This document shows, piece after piece, positions 22,957 through 36,971 of a stretch of 64,000 nucleotides of DNA. The translations under genes were made by a program, and so were the position numbers. Every line of letters starts with the position of its first letter. Position 1 is the first letter of the stretch. Below the pieces are notes generated by a model that did not search any database, was not told where the DNA came from, and saw only the letters and a program-made list of their open reading frames with translations. This stretch comes from Blasia pusilla (taxonomy: Eukaryota): positions 35,898,001 to 35,962,000 of the forward strand of contig CM114271.1 of the NCBI GenBank assembly GCA_050084515.1, read 5' to 3'.

Positions 22957-25114
22957 CGTTTCCATAGGTCTCGGTCTAGCCTCGCGTACCATGTCTGGAT
23001 AGCGTGGGACTTTGTCACCCCTAAGTGACACTAATCAAAGAAAGCAAGTGAGTGAAGGCCTCACGCCAAGTCTCACTTCGGAGCCTATGGAAGTCATGGA
23101 TGCTCCCTAACTTCTCAATCCATACCCCTTGGTAATTTGTGTGTAACTCCGCAAAGAACTCAACTACGGGGTTGAACCTAGGACGACCCGACTAGACAAT
23201 GCAACTGCTCCAGTTCGACTCATCCCTCCTAACACATTACTGATGGAAGAGGAAGTAGCCGCTCCTAACTCCTCCTTCTCCTCGTCTGGAAATGGCTTAG
23301 TCCATGACATATAGTGTGGGTCATAGTAGAGTCTCCATGCCTCAATCTCATAAGCACATCTCTAAGAGAACTCATGGTAATTGTCCATGGGTGCCCCCTC
23401 TAAGTGATGGAACATACCGTTCCATGTTGTGAACGGGTTGAACTCTCTAGAGTTCTTAGCCCGCTGTGAATCACACCAACTCCTTAACTCCGCAATGAAG
23501 TCCTGCAACTCTATCTTACCTATAGCATCCGAAAACGTACATGGTCCTCTTTCCCGATCGTCCATCTCGTACTCCCAAGCGGCAGGACCACTCACTATGT
23601 GCGGTCATGCAGTAAAATACTCCTCTATACCCTCCCCTTGTCTAAGGATGACATAGAAGGAGTTCAAGGTGGTCCTTCACGCAGAGACCCTCAAAACCTC
23701 GCGCCACTCCACGTAAAACCTCTAGAGCTACTCGCAAGTCCACCACCTAGCCTCTCAAAGTCCCGAAAGAACATCGTGATGATCATCATGCCCCTCTCCC
23801 GCAATCACTCTAAATCTCACAAGTAATCCCTCAATCACTCAACCGAAACACACGGCACTCAATCTATACTCCCTCTCATTGAGACGTATATTGTGCAACA
23901 ACAAGCGGCGTTGTGAGGCAAATCGGTTGATCTATTGTCTCATGGACATGACATACCCTCAACTTTGGACATCTCACACAGGTCTATGTCCCCTAAAACA
24001 CATACATCAATGATGCTCTCAAAAATCGCACAAAACCTAATATCCCCAAGTAACTTCCCAATACTCTAAAATCCCTAACATGAGCAGGGCAAAAGACCAG
24101 ATCTAGAATGGATAATCGGAACAATTGTCGATGTTGCTCCTCACCAACTGAAAATCTTGACCCTAACTTGGTGATGAAGAAAAAATTCTCTAATCAAAAA
24201 GTCGTACTCCTATGGTACTGACGGTACTTAAAACTTCTCGATGTTCGGTGCGGGTCCAACGGTATATTTTCGGCACGCAACGGCTAAAAATGACACGGCA
24301 CTCGGGAATGGGGTATGGCACTCAATGGCATACCCTCCTCTATTAGCAACACACACTCTATTCCCTAATGATAGTGCGGCTATGCGATCGAGACGATGCA
24401 GCGCAGCTACGAGCAGCACAACGCGGAAATCAGTGGCTACGGGCGTCACGGCACGGTACCCAATTGTCGTCGAGCGGCTACCAACCTCAAGACATAGTAG
24501 AACGGAAAGAGAACTCAGACCCTATAAATTAAGACATCACCTGCCATCAATGGAAGGTACTCGTAAACAATCGATGTGCAACGGCCGATGACGACACAAG
24601 TGCACTACTGTTGTCGATGTCAACGATGTAAAACGATGATCAAAAACTCACTCTCGACCCTCGGTTGTTGTTGCTAGAACTCAGTGGCCTTAAGTCAAAA
24701 AAATAGGTCTTCAGTGCCTACATTCCAATCAACAACGGTGAAGAACGCAATCAACGAAGGCCAATGGACGGAGCAAGGACGGCCCGAATGGACAATGAAA
24801 GTCAATAGTAATTATGATATCTTTCATGTTGGAAAATATTGCTCTATTTTAACCTTATTCAGTAATTCAATGTCTTTTGTTTTTTCCCACTCCACTAATT
24901 CCTTAAACTAAGGGTCAACTCACTAAAATTACTCACATTTGGCTTATACTCCACTAAGCCCAATAAATATTACGTCAACACCCACTAAATCAATTTTTCA
25001 CTCATTTTAACCTCAAGGTCATAGGTTTCACTTGTCCTTTCCACAATAATAAAATATTTCTAATTTTTCTACCTCAAATAAGAAGTACCAAGAATTTCAA
25101 AATTTGCTCCTTCC

Positions 25115-25470
25115 TCACACGGTAGCAATGGCAGCTCACGAAAATTGTCACAACTTTGCACTAAAATGTTGAGATTGCACATTGTTTCTTCAAGAACATG
25201 CACGTCTTCCCGATCTACAACAGCGTTAAATTGATTTCTTTTTTCAACCTTCCAGAAAAAAATGACACGGACTATCGTGCAACCCATGGCCTCTTCTCAC
25301 GGTGGCTATGGCAGCTCTGCGGAAATGTTCATAACTTTGTGCTAAGATGTTGAACTTGCACACCGTTTCTTCCAAAGCGTACAAAATTTCTTGATCTACA
25401 AAAAATTAAAATCTTTTCTTCATTAATTTTTCCAGAAAAAAATTTACGGTGACTGTTGTGCAGCTCACAG
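25115..25470 (+). repeat. Diverged tandem duplication, unit ~180 bp, 2 copies
   Basis: CACGGT..C.ATGGCAGCTC...AACTTTG..CTAA.ATGTTGA..TTGCACA...GATCTACAA...TTCCAGAAAAAAAT occurs twice. Confidence 0.8.
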
Positions 25471-25769
25471 TCTCTTTTTTCTACAAAAAAAATTGGCAAC
25501 GCTTCCGCGTTGATTACTCCCAACAAAAATGTGAAACGTGTAAAAACAGCAACCAGAGAGTTATACAATGCTCCGAGAGCACTAGCATGGATCATCCCAC
25601 CCCCATACACTGCCATACTCAATTTCTAACAAAATTTGGACAGCGCTTCCACACGCCACTCTTTCGTATGAAAAATCAGTAAAACAAAACACAAAAACAA
25701 GCAACTCTTGCTCCGGTTAGCACTCCCATGAGCTGTTGAATGGGGAACATGGTTCCGAACTTACAAAAG

Positions 25770-26105
25770 AGCGAGAAACCAGCAAGCTTTCTCTTGGAGG
25801 TATATCCCCTTCCCTCTCCCAAACTCTCTCAACGGTAACCTATGTTTGGAGGTCATCTCCTTGGATCTGTTGTAGCGGATCAATGACCACTTCCAAAAGT
25901 GGAAAGTCAACTATAGTAAAAATGGTAGCTTTCCCAAAATAGAAAGTTCCTAATATAGCTCCAAATGAGCCAAAACAAAGGGAAAGCCTGCTCTCTCACG
26001 TTATCCGTACCCTTAGCAGCTCATCCTCGACCTAATGAGGTTGTCCTCTAGTATCTCCGAAGTCGCTATACTAGATCTTGTCAATCTATCCTAACAAACG
26101 TGGCA
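25770..26105 (-). mobile_element. Solo LTR family A, partial, reverse orientation
   Basis: CCCCTTCCCTCTCCCAAACTCTCTC...ATCTATCCTAACAAACGTGGCA is the reverse complement of the first half of 27631-28269; its terminus reads TGCCACG on the - strand. Confidence 0.75.
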
Positions 26106-27479
26106 ACTTGTCAGTTCTCTACATCATCCACGCGATAAAACTCTACATGTTGACTAACTAAGATGTGACAAAGCACAATTTATCATCTATAGTATAAATT
26201 TTTGTCAAGGTTGGAGTTGCAAAGACTCAAAATGAAGATTTCGCAAATATTTTTCCTTAAATGATGACCCTAACTTTTTAATGTTGAAACCCCTAAAGAG
26301 GGAGGAGAGGAATAGTATAGATTCCATCCTACATTCTATTACCTGCTATTTGACTAAGTATATGCTACAAGCTTCAAAAGTGTGTTATATATATAAATAC
26401 ACATTTGCAACATTAACTCATTTGAATATCATAAATGTTATCAAGGCGGGATACAATTATGAGACTGAAATTTTGAGAGGAATCCAATGGGTGAAAGATT
26501 TGGTAAACTCTAAGCAAAGAAGTATTAAAGCATTCACAACAATAGTTTTGCAAGTGAAGTTTGAAACATAAACAAAGGCTCACAATAGATATGAATATTA
26601 ATATTAAACAATGGAATTGAAATGAATCTAACAAATAAAAAATAGAGTGAACGTCTCAAATGAATATGGAAGATGTCAAATAGGAAAAAATCAATTTTTT
26701 GAAAAACTTTACGATTTGAACATGAGTATAAAAAAACAAACAAACACGCAATAATTTAAGTTTGAAGATCCCATTGCAATAAGTAGGAAATCATTACATC
26801 TTATAGTTGTAGCACATACACATAGCAAAATTTAGTGGTATAACTAATTACAAGAGATATGCATTTGAAGGAGTGTTGTGATATTGAATACATATTGAAA
26901 ATAAAAGTGAAGCCTACATTTGGGATTGTAATTTTAATTAAGTAAGTACCTAGGCTCCAAGCCAATATTTCACCATATACAATAACTTTGTCTAAATGTG
27001 ACCAATGATTGCTATTGAATCATCTAATTGGGTTTGCCCAATTAACCTTATTTATTTTGTTCACTTTGTTCTCCAAATCGATTATGATTCCAATTAAGAA
27101 TTTCTTTTAGTATAGGAGACATTATCACATAAATTTTTTCACTTTCCAACTTGGAGGATCGTAAAACCTCACCCACTCATAAACTCATTCGATGATTAAG
27201 ATCACATATGAGTATCAAGTAAGTACTCTCTTACCATTGGATCTGCACTACTATTCCTACAAGTGACCAAAACACATTTATCCTTTGTTATAAGCTTGGG
27301 AAATGAGAATAATAACCATTATTTCTCTTTGTGAAAAGAAAAGTATGGAGGTGATTCGTGGCTTCTTCCATGGTATCATGCTCTTGATTAGCTATCTAAG
27401 TTCAATATAATCTTATGCGAAACAATTTTGAATTTTTTACGCAATTGGATCAAACTAAGATGCTTAAAGTGTTTGAAAG

Positions 27480-28720
27480 TAAGAAGATAAATAATCCCAA
27501 CATGTATTATGATATGGATAGAAGCTCAATCTACTTAACTATCACAAGACCAAATCTAAAGCTTTTTATTGGTTTAGTGGGCCACTTTGTGCAATCTCCA
27601 TAGAAATTTACTTTGATGTAATAAGGCAGATATCACGACTATTAGGATAGATCGGTGGGATCTAGCAGAGCGTCTTCACAAGTAGTGGAGGACAAGCCTA
27701 GGAGGTCGAAAATGACCTGTTGAGGCCCCGGGAAACCTGAGAGAGCAAGTTTTCTCTTCGTTTCGGCTCATTTGGAGCTATATAGAGAAACTTATTATTT
27801 CAGGTAAGTTTCCATGTTGAGGATAGGAGACTTTATATTTTTAGTAAGTGGCCCTTGACCTCCTACATCAGGTCAAGAGCCAAGGAGGTGACTTGGGAGC
27901 ATAGGTTACCATGGAGAGAGCTTGGGAGAGGGGAGGGGTATACCTCAAGGAGAGAGAGCTTGAGAGCTCATTCTCTCTTTGTTGAAACTCTTGGCATGAG
28001 GCGGCGGAGCTATGGTCCCTTGTCTTGTGAATAACCCAACCCTCTCATTAGGAGAGTGGCTTGGTTTGACATGAGAGAGAGTGCACACCTTTGAGAGCTA
28101 TGGTGTGAGATGGTGTAGAGAGAGATTGGATCTTATTTTATTGGAGATATTTTGGTATTTCTCGCCTCTGTGTATGGATGCCATGAGTTAGCATGGGATC
28201 GTGTGTGTGTTTGTGTGTGTGTTCGATGAGAGCAATGTATGTTGTGTAGCGATGTGTATGCGCACGACACAGAACTTAAGGTATAGTAAGGCCACAATTA
28301 AGTTAACATTTTGTTACCTATGGCTTAAGCAACCTTAGACATTAAACGCAAAAGATCCACTTCTTGAAATGTGTTTGGATTTGGAAGCGTTGTAGTGAGT
28401 TGAGATTCCAAGGAAACAACCAATTATTGCCTTACTATAAGCAAAAATTGAATACAAAGAAACAACCAGGGTACCATGTGAATCAATTTGGCTTAGTAGT
28501 CTTATTGTAGATAAAAAATTAGAGTGTTTAAGCTCTAATTAACACACACATATACACATAACACAAGTAATGTTCATTTGGAAAGCAATATAATACCTTA
28601 TGCAAGGACAGAGCACATTGAGTTGCATGATAACTTCATTAGAGAGAAAGTCTTCTCAAATGAAGCGGAGCTTACATCTATGAATACATATCAACAATTG
28701 AATGACATTTGCACCAAGGC
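27480..28720 (+). mobile_element. Ty1/copia RT C-terminus/RNase H relic, interrupted by a solo LTR
   Basis: SSIYLTITRPNL...HFVQSP; VIRQ|NLRYSKAT across the insertion; KQPIIAL; CESIWL; ARTEHIELHDNFIREKV. Confidence 0.8.
27631..28269 (+). mobile_element. Solo LTR family A (639 bp) with 4-bp TSD CAGA
   Basis: Ends are TATCACGAC (mutated TG) and CACGACA. CAGA flanks it at 27627-27630 and 28270-28273, and removing it restores the copia reading frame. Confidence 0.85.
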
Positions 28721-30054
28721 ACTACGTAGAGACACTTGTGATTTCTTTTGATTCGATTCAGGATTCGAACCATTTGGATTGACCTTACTACTAGAACATC
28801 CATACCAATGCGATGTACAAGTAGAAAATTTCCCAAATATGTTAAAATCTTAAAAAAATCTCCCATAAAAAGAAGACACATCAATCTTATTTGATCAAAT
28901 CAAGGGGAAAGATAGATCTTCTCTCATAGAAGATCCACATATTGTCATAATAGCATACATCCATTGAAAATAATCTTGTCCAAATTTTAGATCCACTCAA
29001 AATTGGATGATCTTATACAAAGATCCTTGGACAAAAACTGATTGTAAGAAATCGCTCCCTCCAAAATTTCTTTGGGTAGATATTTTGGGGTACATTTTTA
29101 TTTTTATTCCAATAATTTACCAATTTTCTTCAATTCACACTAAATCTCCATTATGGGACAAACATTCACCAAGTTTTTTTGGAAAGGAAAACTTTTTCAA
29201 AAGGGTTGGTTTGCTCCAACCGATGCTACAAACCCAAGCCAACATCCACTTATTTACTCATCACACAAAATGTGTAGCGTGACCCCATATAAGCGTGTCA
29301 TTGTGAAATGATATCGGATGAACTAGGATACAATTCAATCCACCATTTAATTAGGAGGTCTACTTAAAATGTAATGCACTCTTAACATCATTTTGAGACA
29401 TTGTACTTTAGACTTAGCCACTAGTTGTACTATTCTTGGCACCGGCCACAATTGCTTAAAAGTAGGATCCACTCTTCCAATGAATCCACAAAATCATCCA
29501 ATGGGATCCACTCTTTCAATATACCATAGGTAATAATCCTTTCAACCACTCCACTCTTGTGTACTCTTTGTGATTATGTCGTATGTGGTGCTAACTAGTG
29601 CTCGTGCTATATGCAGGCAATCTTCAAAGTTTTACAAGCCTTCTATCCTCATTTCCCTTCCTCATTTACTTGAATTTTCTCCTCTTAATTGAATCCTCTC
29701 TTTTACATTGACATGTGTCAACTCCATAATAACCTTTAGAGGTCAGATGCCAACCCCTCTAACCCCATCCTCTTTTAAATATATAAATAACCATTAATAT
29801 ATAACAGAAGCATTTGTTTTAATACCCTCTATTCCCCCCAACATCCCTCCAAAGTTTGAGCTTCTAGGTAGTCTTAAGTTAAGCTTACCACTCTTCTCTC
29901 ACCTGATTATGTGTGTAAGTCTTGCTTATCATCTAGCTTTCCCATGACTCATCCATTATACCAATCTTGTAACTAGTCCTCTCATCTTTTCATGATAACT
30001 ACCCCTACTGGTCATTACTTCTTGACAACTACCCCTACTGGCAAGTGATACAAT

Positions 30055-30600
30055 AAGATTGGAGGTCTCATCACACTTGATTTCATTACTGTCAGAAGTG
30101 TATTGGTGGAGATGTTGTGAAGTTAGTGGTGCCAGGAAATCAAACCCTTGCATTTTCCAGTTCTGACTTAATGGACATCCCTACACTAGTAAGGATTGTA
30201 CAAATACTCAGACTCAGGGCATTGACGAGGAATGAATCTTTCGTGTGCCGTCCTTCGCAGGTTTCTCCGCTGTGTTACACCGGAGAAGATTTTGGAAGGC
30301 CCAAGTCATCATTTTACAGATTGGAATGTTCAGAATGGTATTGGGTCGGCCTTTGAAGGTAAGAGGTGACTGGCATTCCGGAATAGTCCCATATGAAAAC
30401 CTTCGCCATGTCAAGCATTTAGTCACATAGGCCTGTCGAGGCCTAAGAGTCTTTACAACAATAGTTACTCCTCCATTCTCTATCCCTTCACCAAACCCAC
30501 GAAACAATGATGAATTCACCATTGTGTTTCTAATGTCAATAATGTGTATGAGAAGCTCTGCTGGATATTTCTGGTAAGTAGATTTAATACTAGTCATGTC
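30055..30600 (-). pseudogene. Degenerate receptor-like cytoplasmic kinase (RLCK/Pelle-type) fragment
   Basis: Collinear decayed motifs SLFRGFGEGIENGGVTIVVKTL (subdomains I-II), HSNL, GETCEG...FLV, QGFDFL, HQYTSDSNEIKCDE (resembles HRDFKxSNILLDE). Confidence 0.45.
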
Positions 30601-31214
30601 ACTTGTCAATTAAAGCAACTCCTCAGCCAGTTCGGAAGCCCCAAAGAACGTTAAGGTTCCTCGCGCAAAGATCGCAAAAGTTTAGGCGAGAAAGTGCATG
30701 GACAGGACCAAATTGACTTGTAAGAGCACACAACAAAAGATAAATCATAAAACACTTGAAACATGACGTTTCACATTGTTTCTGGATCCTGAATCTCTCT
30801 ACAGGTGATGGTCGGCCTTCACTCTGGGCAGACACCATTTGCATGGTACCAATGAATGAGCCGGTGCCTATGAGTGTCTGGTATGGAGGACATTTGCTAA
30901 TTAATTAGCTCAAACTGACGTTGCTGAGATGAGCTTTGTGTGTTATTGCACAACTATAAGTACAGAGTATATACACTATACAGCCCCAGGCCCTGCAGGA
31001 GACTGAGACGAACACAACGATCATAGACTGTACACTAAAAGAATAGGGGCTTGACCGTAGGCATGTCTCCAAGTTAGCATACTTTCAAAGACTGCCATTA
31101 GCAAGCAGCGTCAGGGCTGAACGCCCACTCATGCTCATGATCAACCGAGAAGTTTCCCATGACACAAGATGTACATCCAGGCTCGTGAGAGATCATGCCT
31201 CAAGGCGTCCATCA

Positions 31215-34200
31215 TCAAGACATTACAATACCTTTCTTACCTCTTGTGTTGGCTGCTATAGCCTTCTCTGAAGCAGCCGCCATTGCCTGGTCCAGGGCTA
31301 TTGCAGTCTCCTGGGCATCTGCTCCTTCTGCAACTCCGACAGTATCAATTTCAATGCATCCTTTCTCGCCTTCCAAATTGTACAACCCTGGAGGCCGTGA
31401 CCTGGTCACATGCGCATGGGCCTCCGCTCTGGCATCAGAACCTCTCTCACCAGATGATATTGTGGCAATATACTCCTTCTCCATGTCCATGACATAATCC
31501 TCACTATCATCTATATCTGAACTAATATGCTCGCCCAGCCCTTCTTCAGTATTCATCATAATACGCTGTCTCTTGTGTTCCTCAAACTCAGCCTTTGTGG
31601 GAAGTATCACGTAATCATAAAGAGGATCATAGAAGGGATCCGGTTCCCCAGCTCCTAGCCAATGTTTCATAATCCGGAAAAATCGCTCATCATTCAATAT
31701 TCCACGATGATCGCCTGGAATTCCCACTCTTGAAAGAGCATCGAGTTCATCTCCCTGCCACAAGAAATAACCAGAGTCTCATGTCCAGTTTCCCTCAGAT
31801 ACAAGACAGCAATGTTGCAGTAAGCACCCCACCCTTGCCAGAGTCTACAATCTTGTTCCATAGATAGCCTCAAACACATTTCATATTTTGCTATGCTCCA
31901 GGCCTCAGGTAACAAGAAACAAGTTTCATGTCTGAATTAGCTAAAAAAGCCTTAGGCAGTGGACCATTCTGTCAACAATAATGAAAATCATTGATAAAAG
32001 AAACCCACCATTGCTGATTCCGCTGGCACTGTCCCATCACCATTTATGAAGTCAAAGTCCGCCTATGAAAACAGTATCCATAGACTCAGTTAGTGATCTG
32101 AGACTCTGAATAGCCCTTTTCATTGGAGACAAGTGGCATCTTCGCCAAAAATGCTACATCTTCCTTCCAATGAAAATTCTATGTTGGCAAACTGTTGAAA
32201 TTTGTTAATATCTAGTTTAGTCATGCTCTAAAAATAGTTAGTCAAATACTAACTTAGTTGGATACTAATTTAGTTAGCTAGAGATAACTTAGTGTTCCTC
32301 TATCTTTTAGGGTAACCTTGAATTAGGGCAATTCTCGAGTTAGGGTTAGCCACCGTCTGTTATTTAGGGTATGGATCTGTTCAAGAAGATCTAAGGGCCA
32401 GAAGTGCTCACCCTGATGTATATAATGTCTCTGTTTAGAGAGCAGAAGCCAATTCTACAGCATGCACAGTTTTGGTGAGGACTCCTGAGGCTCTTGGTCC
32501 TGCTGCAGAGTGATCAGAGAGTAGGAAGAGGAGATTGAGACTAATTGCTGTGCTTGCTAGAGCCTCACTGGAAGGCAGGTTGTTTTGTCTAGTATGCTGA
32601 TGGAGATTGTTTGTGCTCAATGGTGAGCCATGTCTGATCTCTGAGCTGGTGACATGTGAGGACCTGTAGTGTGAGTGCAAGGTGTGGCTTTGTAGAATCC
32701 TTCTTAGTATCTCTTAGATAGTAAGAAGAGTCACATCATGGTAGGGCTCTGATTTGGCAATAGAGATAGGAACTGATTTGCTGATTGTGTACAAGCTGAA
32801 ATCATGGATGGTCTAGCTGATGCTAGCTCTGACTTTGTACAAGGAGATACTTCTGCTGGTCAATCATATTCTCACAAACTATATTCACATACTATCTCAA
32901 CTGTCTTTGAATCTTTATCCCCTAAATTAAGAAGACAAGAACAGAGAGATATGGAGTCCCTCATGTGAGGAATTCAAGATCTCAAAATCAAAACTGCACC
33001 TCTGTCCTTAAAATGTCCTGTAAAATGTGGATTGGAGAGTCTTCACTTCCATAACTGCAGAGAAGGTAGCACAATATCAGGTATAGAGATAGCTTAGTTC
33101 ATCCCCGGCCTGGTGAGGAGTGTGATTCACATACATGGTGTGCAAGCCAATATGCTATAGCCTAACAAAGCCCATGAGCAGGGTGGTACAAGGCAAACAG
33201 CAGGATCTTGATATCAACAGCAACCTCACTAGAGATATGAACAGTTCTACTGTATATTATTCGTTAAATCTGACAGATGCTCCCAAACAACCAACCACGG
33301 CATACAATTTGCCCCCTTCCACAAGCATACACAAGATTGGTTGTAATTATCTTCTGTTCCGACTAAACCATTAAAATTTCAAAGAATCTGCACCTTTGAA
33401 ACCTTCTGGCAAAACAGAACTACAGTATCCTTACGTTGAAAGAAGTAGATAATTTGGCAAGAAACAAGTGCTTTATCAATCATATTGGACATTTTCATGA
33501 GACATCAATTCTCAGTATAATGCCAAAAACCTCAGACATCATTCCTCATGCATCAAGTTGTAGACCTTGAAAGGAAAGTCACCGACATGAGGTAATGAAT
33601 GAAAGAATAGACAGGACATACCAAGTATGCATTGGTGTCTCGAGATCAGTGCCAAACACATTATAGAAGTTTATTCCCTTAGGAAGCTTGGCGGTTTTCA
33701 AGAGCCTTTGAGTTTCCATGGCCCAAGCCAATATATCTCGATTCAAGGGAACTGATACTTGTTCCCCATTGTAGTCCAGCTGTACCAGCAGGGAAACAGG
33801 AACATATGGATTAGCATCTAGAAGGGACACCAGTTGCTCCACCTGACTTATAATGCAGACTAAATGTCAGGGAGTCTACTGAGAACAGACGAGGCTTGAG
33901 AATCAAAACTCAATAAACTTGTATTTTCTATCTCAGTAAAAGCCTGGGATAGGAAAACCAGGAAACAAAAACTTACAACATTATCCTGCAGAGCTGCCAT
34001 CATTACACCAATACAATCTTTAGGACCAAAGGCTTCCATTTCAGTTTCACTTTCCCCATTGGAACCAAGCCGCTGATGCCAAAGCCTCAACTCAGGAGCT
34101 TCAGACCACGCAAAGTTTGGGGAGGCCATGAGCTCATACACAGATGGACATTCAATCAGCTGCAAAAAGGAAGCACGCCCATATAAGAACAAAAATGCTA

Positions 34201-36971
34201 GATGCAAGGTGTTTAACAATCTGCAGTTTTGACACAACTTTCTTGCTGTATTCTCTGACCACCAAGGCGATGAATTGATTAAAGTCCATGCAGACAACAG
34301 TGGTTTACTGGTGCAAAAACTTAAATAAATAGATTGATGGCACAAAATGCATGTAATCCGTGACTAGTTATAGTCATAACCTTAGAGACAGAAACCAGTC
34401 ATAGATCGGGACAAAACAGGAGTAGAAAAAGATTAGTTTTAACTCCTCACTCAAAGACAGTGAAGGGCAGAATCTTGCCAATTGGTGCATGCTCCACTTG
34501 GCAATGAAGAGCTCCCGGGTCCAACCCTTTACAAACTCCACTCCTGTTAACAGACAATCAACAATGAACCCAGGCGCACCTGCCCACAAACAGCGAATTT
34601 AGTTATCTAGATGCAATTTGACTGTTACCATTTCAAAACAGTGCAGCAGCGAGATATTTGAACGCTACTTCAAGAATTAAAGCAAATGTTAAAAGGAGAT
34701 CACAGCATACATCATGAGATTCATCATGTATGAACTGTATGTGCATCATACAGTGGCAAATTAGCCCAGAATTTCTTGAGAAGATAGGGCTCACTCGTCT
34801 AGCTACAAATTCTGAGATAATTGCATCAACAATGACAGTCACATGCAACAAAAAGCAACTCCAAAGAGGGCACTTTGAATAATAGATCAAAATCACTGGT
34901 CTTCAACCAATCACCTTGAAATGGTACAGCCACAGCAACCCATGTGTGCACATACTTCTCAAATACCTGTACCATCCAATTGCAGACCACAGGCAATCAT
35001 GACATGAACACCATCTTGCCTATTACCATGACTTACCTTGTACTGGATACAAAATGTGACTACGTCAGACTTTGGTAATCTGAACCAATTACTGGCAGAT
35101 GAAGAATTCTTGATTTTGTAAAGTCCTAGTAAACATCGATTTCAGTAAGGTGAGACTACTACAAGTCAAAATCAAACATTGAACTCCATCACTCAGCTAA
35201 GAACACAACCATTGGTTTATAATTTACCTCTGGGCGGAGGGCCAAGAAGCACTTCACAATCATGCCTCCCATCGAATGGGAAACAATGTCAATTTTTCTC
35301 CCACCCGATGCCTCGTACATTAACTTTAGCTTTGCTTCAAGGGCATCCATTCGCTCTGGAAGGCTGCCGATGAACCAGCACAAGGATGTAAGTCAGGAGT
35401 CCAGGGCAGTACTACTGTGCACATCCAAAAAATAGGTCAAAAGCCTCCACAAAGACTCATTCCAACCTGAAAAGCAGCTTGAAGCATTCTTAGACCTAAA
35501 CTTCCACACACATATTTACAGTCAACATACTTCTACTGCACTTGAAAACCGAGTTCCTGGTAAGTGAACGTGATCTGAATAGTACATATCATGGTCCCTT
35601 CTAAACAAATCAGACAATCTCTATTCTCAAGAATAAGACTGCCGGTCTCATGAAAAACAGGTTTGTACATACCTCATGTAACAATTCATGAGTAGGACAC
35701 TAACCCATACAACTTCAACACATTTAAATTAACTTCTGATGTTCTAGGAAATCCGAATTACAGATACCGTTGCAAATAGGACTTGCGCTGCATTATGGAT
35801 AGTTAAAGAACTGTGGACTTCTTAACATAACTGTAACTTACAGAATGTCCGCTGGTCTTTCGGGAGAAGCCAACTTCATACTAAAACTATTGTCATAAAC
35901 TCGAGCCGACCTCAGAAATATACCACACAGCCTCATGTACAGTGGGACCTTGATAGAGAGTTCAACAACACTCTGAAATGCAAACCCAAACGCACCGATT
36001 GCTTTGACGAAAATCATATGGAAAGCCAAAGAGAGTCGTCCCCTCCTTATAACCCCATCCCAACATCTGCTTAATGAGATCATGAAAGTAGTAGACAACA
36101 TCCAAGCGCAAGATCTGGCCCCACCACAACCCAAACCTAAGTCAGAACAGACTGACTCAAATCGGAATTTTGAACTCAGTTTGGGTAAATCAAGGTACTC
36201 TTGGTTGAGCCATCATTTCGACTGCAACAACTGAACAGATTGCATCTACAGACTTCACATGAGAGACTCCTTCTCCAGGAACTTTTGTTCTCTCTGTGAG
36301 AATCCCACGCAATTCTCGGAGTGAACACGTCTCAACTGAGGGAGTTCGACCATGCGCGCATTAGGTGACAAAATTCAGAGACACGAGTAACGTAACTTAC
36401 AACATCAGGATCTAGGATGTCGCAACCGTAGAGACCATATCTGTCCTCGGGAACTTCGATTTGTACAGTAGGGTCCAAAGACTCCGTTTTACCTGATAGC
36501 GAACACCAGAATTGCGAAACACACATTCGAAACAAACAGCAGGGATTAGATTTCCATCGCCAGTCAGTCATATGTGATATACATGAACTCTTACCCCAGT
36601 GAAAAGCAGCTTTTAGGCTGCGTAATGACAAAGGCAGGATGGGACTAAACTCAGCCACGAAGATTGGAAACGTTTGGATAATACAAGATTGAAGAGATTT
36701 CTGAAGGTGCTCGAACGACACCTGTTTCCGGATTGTAGAACGACCAAAGTTTAGCCCGGAACTCATGATCCGCAGAAAATAAACGCACCCAAACACGCTC
36801 CTTCTTTCCCTCATCATTCACGGCATTTAAAATAGATCCTCCAATACCCGGTATCAAAAGAACTGGGTGGAGGTTAAGGTCAACATTCTTGTCTTCTGCA
36901 GAACGGTCGTTCCATGGCCACCAGTCCTCGATTTTGTCGATAACATCCCAGATGTTGAACTTCAAACGCAT
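31215..36971 (-). CDS. Lecithin-cholesterol acyltransferase-like phospholipase A (LCAT3/LCAT4 type), ~579 aa
   Basis: Exons 36971-36722, 36492-36401, 36114-35996, 35363-35228, 34966-34915, 34579-34479, 34159-33977, 33779-33622, 33054-33000, 32062-32009 and 31754-31215 (1740 nt, phases consistent). Motifs PVLLIPGIGGS and GFPYDFRQSNR; catalytic SHSMGG, GDGTVP and DHRGIL. Confidence 0.95.
32193..32874. mobile_element. Solo LTR (682 bp) in LCAT intron 9, with 5-bp TSD CAAAC
   Basis: Ends are TGTTG...CTCA. CAAAC flanks it at 32188-32192 and 32875-32879. Internal TATATAA at ~32419. Confidence 0.85.

Larger units (their letters stand above)
21530..23600 (-). mobile_element. Ty3/gypsy gag region relic, probably related to the 9.4-11 kb element
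   Basis: Gag-like ELQDFIAELRSWCD...GMFHHLEGAPMDNYHEF; decayed zinc knuckle CWACDGAHHQRD at ~22625-22665; ends at IILLDN*REVF, before any protease active site. Confidence 0.6.
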
